Positions 62,972 through 64,000 of a stretch of 64,000 bases of DNA are shown one piece after another. Both the position numbers and the translations under genes were made by a program. The stretch spans positions 33,666,001-33,730,000 of the forward strand of contig NC_043000.1 of assembly GCF_006345805.1 (NCBI RefSeq), given 5' to 3'. The DNA comes from Octopus sinensis. Taxonomy: Eukaryota. The notes beneath the pieces were generated by a model, which saw only the letters and a list, made by a program, of their open reading frames with translations, was not told the DNA's origin and did no database searches. The first letter of the stretch is position 1; each line of letters starts with the position of its first letter.

Positions 62972-63553
62972 TCTCCTTTTTTCTCTCTTGTTTCTCTCCT
63001 TGTTTTTTCTGTGTCCCTATATATATATATAAATAAAAGATTTTTCTATTCCTGGCCTATCTAATATATATGTTTGTTTTGTACAACCAGTCTTCATCTT
63101 GTTTTTTTTCGTAACGCTCCCTATATATATATATATATCTATATATCATATTTTAGCATCTATTTGACTTGACATATACATTATATATAGTATATATATA
63201 TTATATGATATATATATTATATATATAATCTTATATATAATATAATTCTATAGATTATATATATATTATAATATTTGAAAAGTGAGTATTGTTAACTGGG
63301 TCTCTGAGGTGTTGACTCCTTTCATAGTTCTTGTTTTACAGTTATTCATATCGTTATTCGCGTGAAATCCACGAATGGTTTGGTGTTGGCTTCCTTTGAA
63401 TGCCTTCTCTGCTGATCCTGTTTTGTATGTTGAGGTGTTGTTGGAAGGGATGGAACTAGCATACGTTTCTTTCAATGTAATTGTCTTACGTTGTAGACGC
63501 CTCTCTGCTGCGGCAGCTTCTCTCTTTGCCATAGATTAGCTCCAATCCTATAA

Positions 63554-63871
63554 AGGAGCGTGATTTAGTGGTTGCGGTATTCGGCTGACGATCGTATGAT
63601 CGTGTGTTCGATTTCCAGAGATGCGTTGTGTCCTTAAACAAGCCACTTTATTTCACTTTGCTTCAGTTCACTCCATTGGCAAAAATGAGTTCTATCTGTA
63701 ATTGAAAGGCCCAGCTTTTTCATATTCCGTGTCATGTTGACTCTCCCTGAGAACTTCATTAAGGTCACGTATACCTGTAGAATGCTCAAACACCTACACG
63801 TTAATTTCACGAGCAGGCCGCTCCGTCGACCGGATCAAATGGAACACTGGTCGTCGTAGCCGACGGAGGAC
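63554..63871 (+). mobile_element. CORE-like SINE family B, older copy
   Basis: Colinear with 4024-4348. Confidence 0.85.
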
Positions 63872-64000
63872 CATTTCAATAGCTCTGATCCAGCAGTTTT
63901 ATAACACGAAGGAGATCCTACAGACGACCAGACGAGGCTCACAAATCCATATTTGGAGTGATTCCATTGGACTTGCTGAAGACAGTACAGCACACTCTAG

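Noticed and set aside
63266-63532. 88-aa ORF MAKREAAAAERRLQRK
   Set aside because: Possibly an RTE C-terminal remnant; no diagnostic motif to support either gene or TE.

Overview
Eukaryotic, AT-rich, microsatellite-saturated DNA with one 100-N assembly gap (20788-20887). The repeat landscape strongly resembles a coleoid cephalopod (Octopus-like) genome; this is inferred from recognised repeat families, not from a search. No intact host protein-coding gene can be supported. Almost all long ORFs are translations of simple repeats, and the rest are decayed transposon fragments. The window is a mosaic of at least four tRNA-derived SINE families (two with CORE-like domains), non-LTR retrotransposon relics (CR1-like, R4/Dong, HERO-like, Tx1/L1, RTE-like, Penelope-like), Tc1/mariner relics (DD37E/TRT-like, DD41D, mariner), a MITE and non-autonomous Helitrons. 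The most notable signal is a set of minimal type I hammerhead-ribozyme motifs (CUGANGA...GAAA...UH, mostly with palindromic stem III) in several unrelated non-coding repeat families. One is an inverted+tandem 480-bp unit at 16.2-17.4 kb that looks like a Penelope pseudo-LTR or retrozyme able to yield a self-cleaved, possibly circular, RNA. Other highlights: a Tx1-clade LINE embedded in (TATC)n, R4/Dong elements in trinucleotide repeats, a SINE subfamily that appears to insert into other SINEs at AT(A/G)CC, and a LINE-SINE pair sharing a 3' tail.
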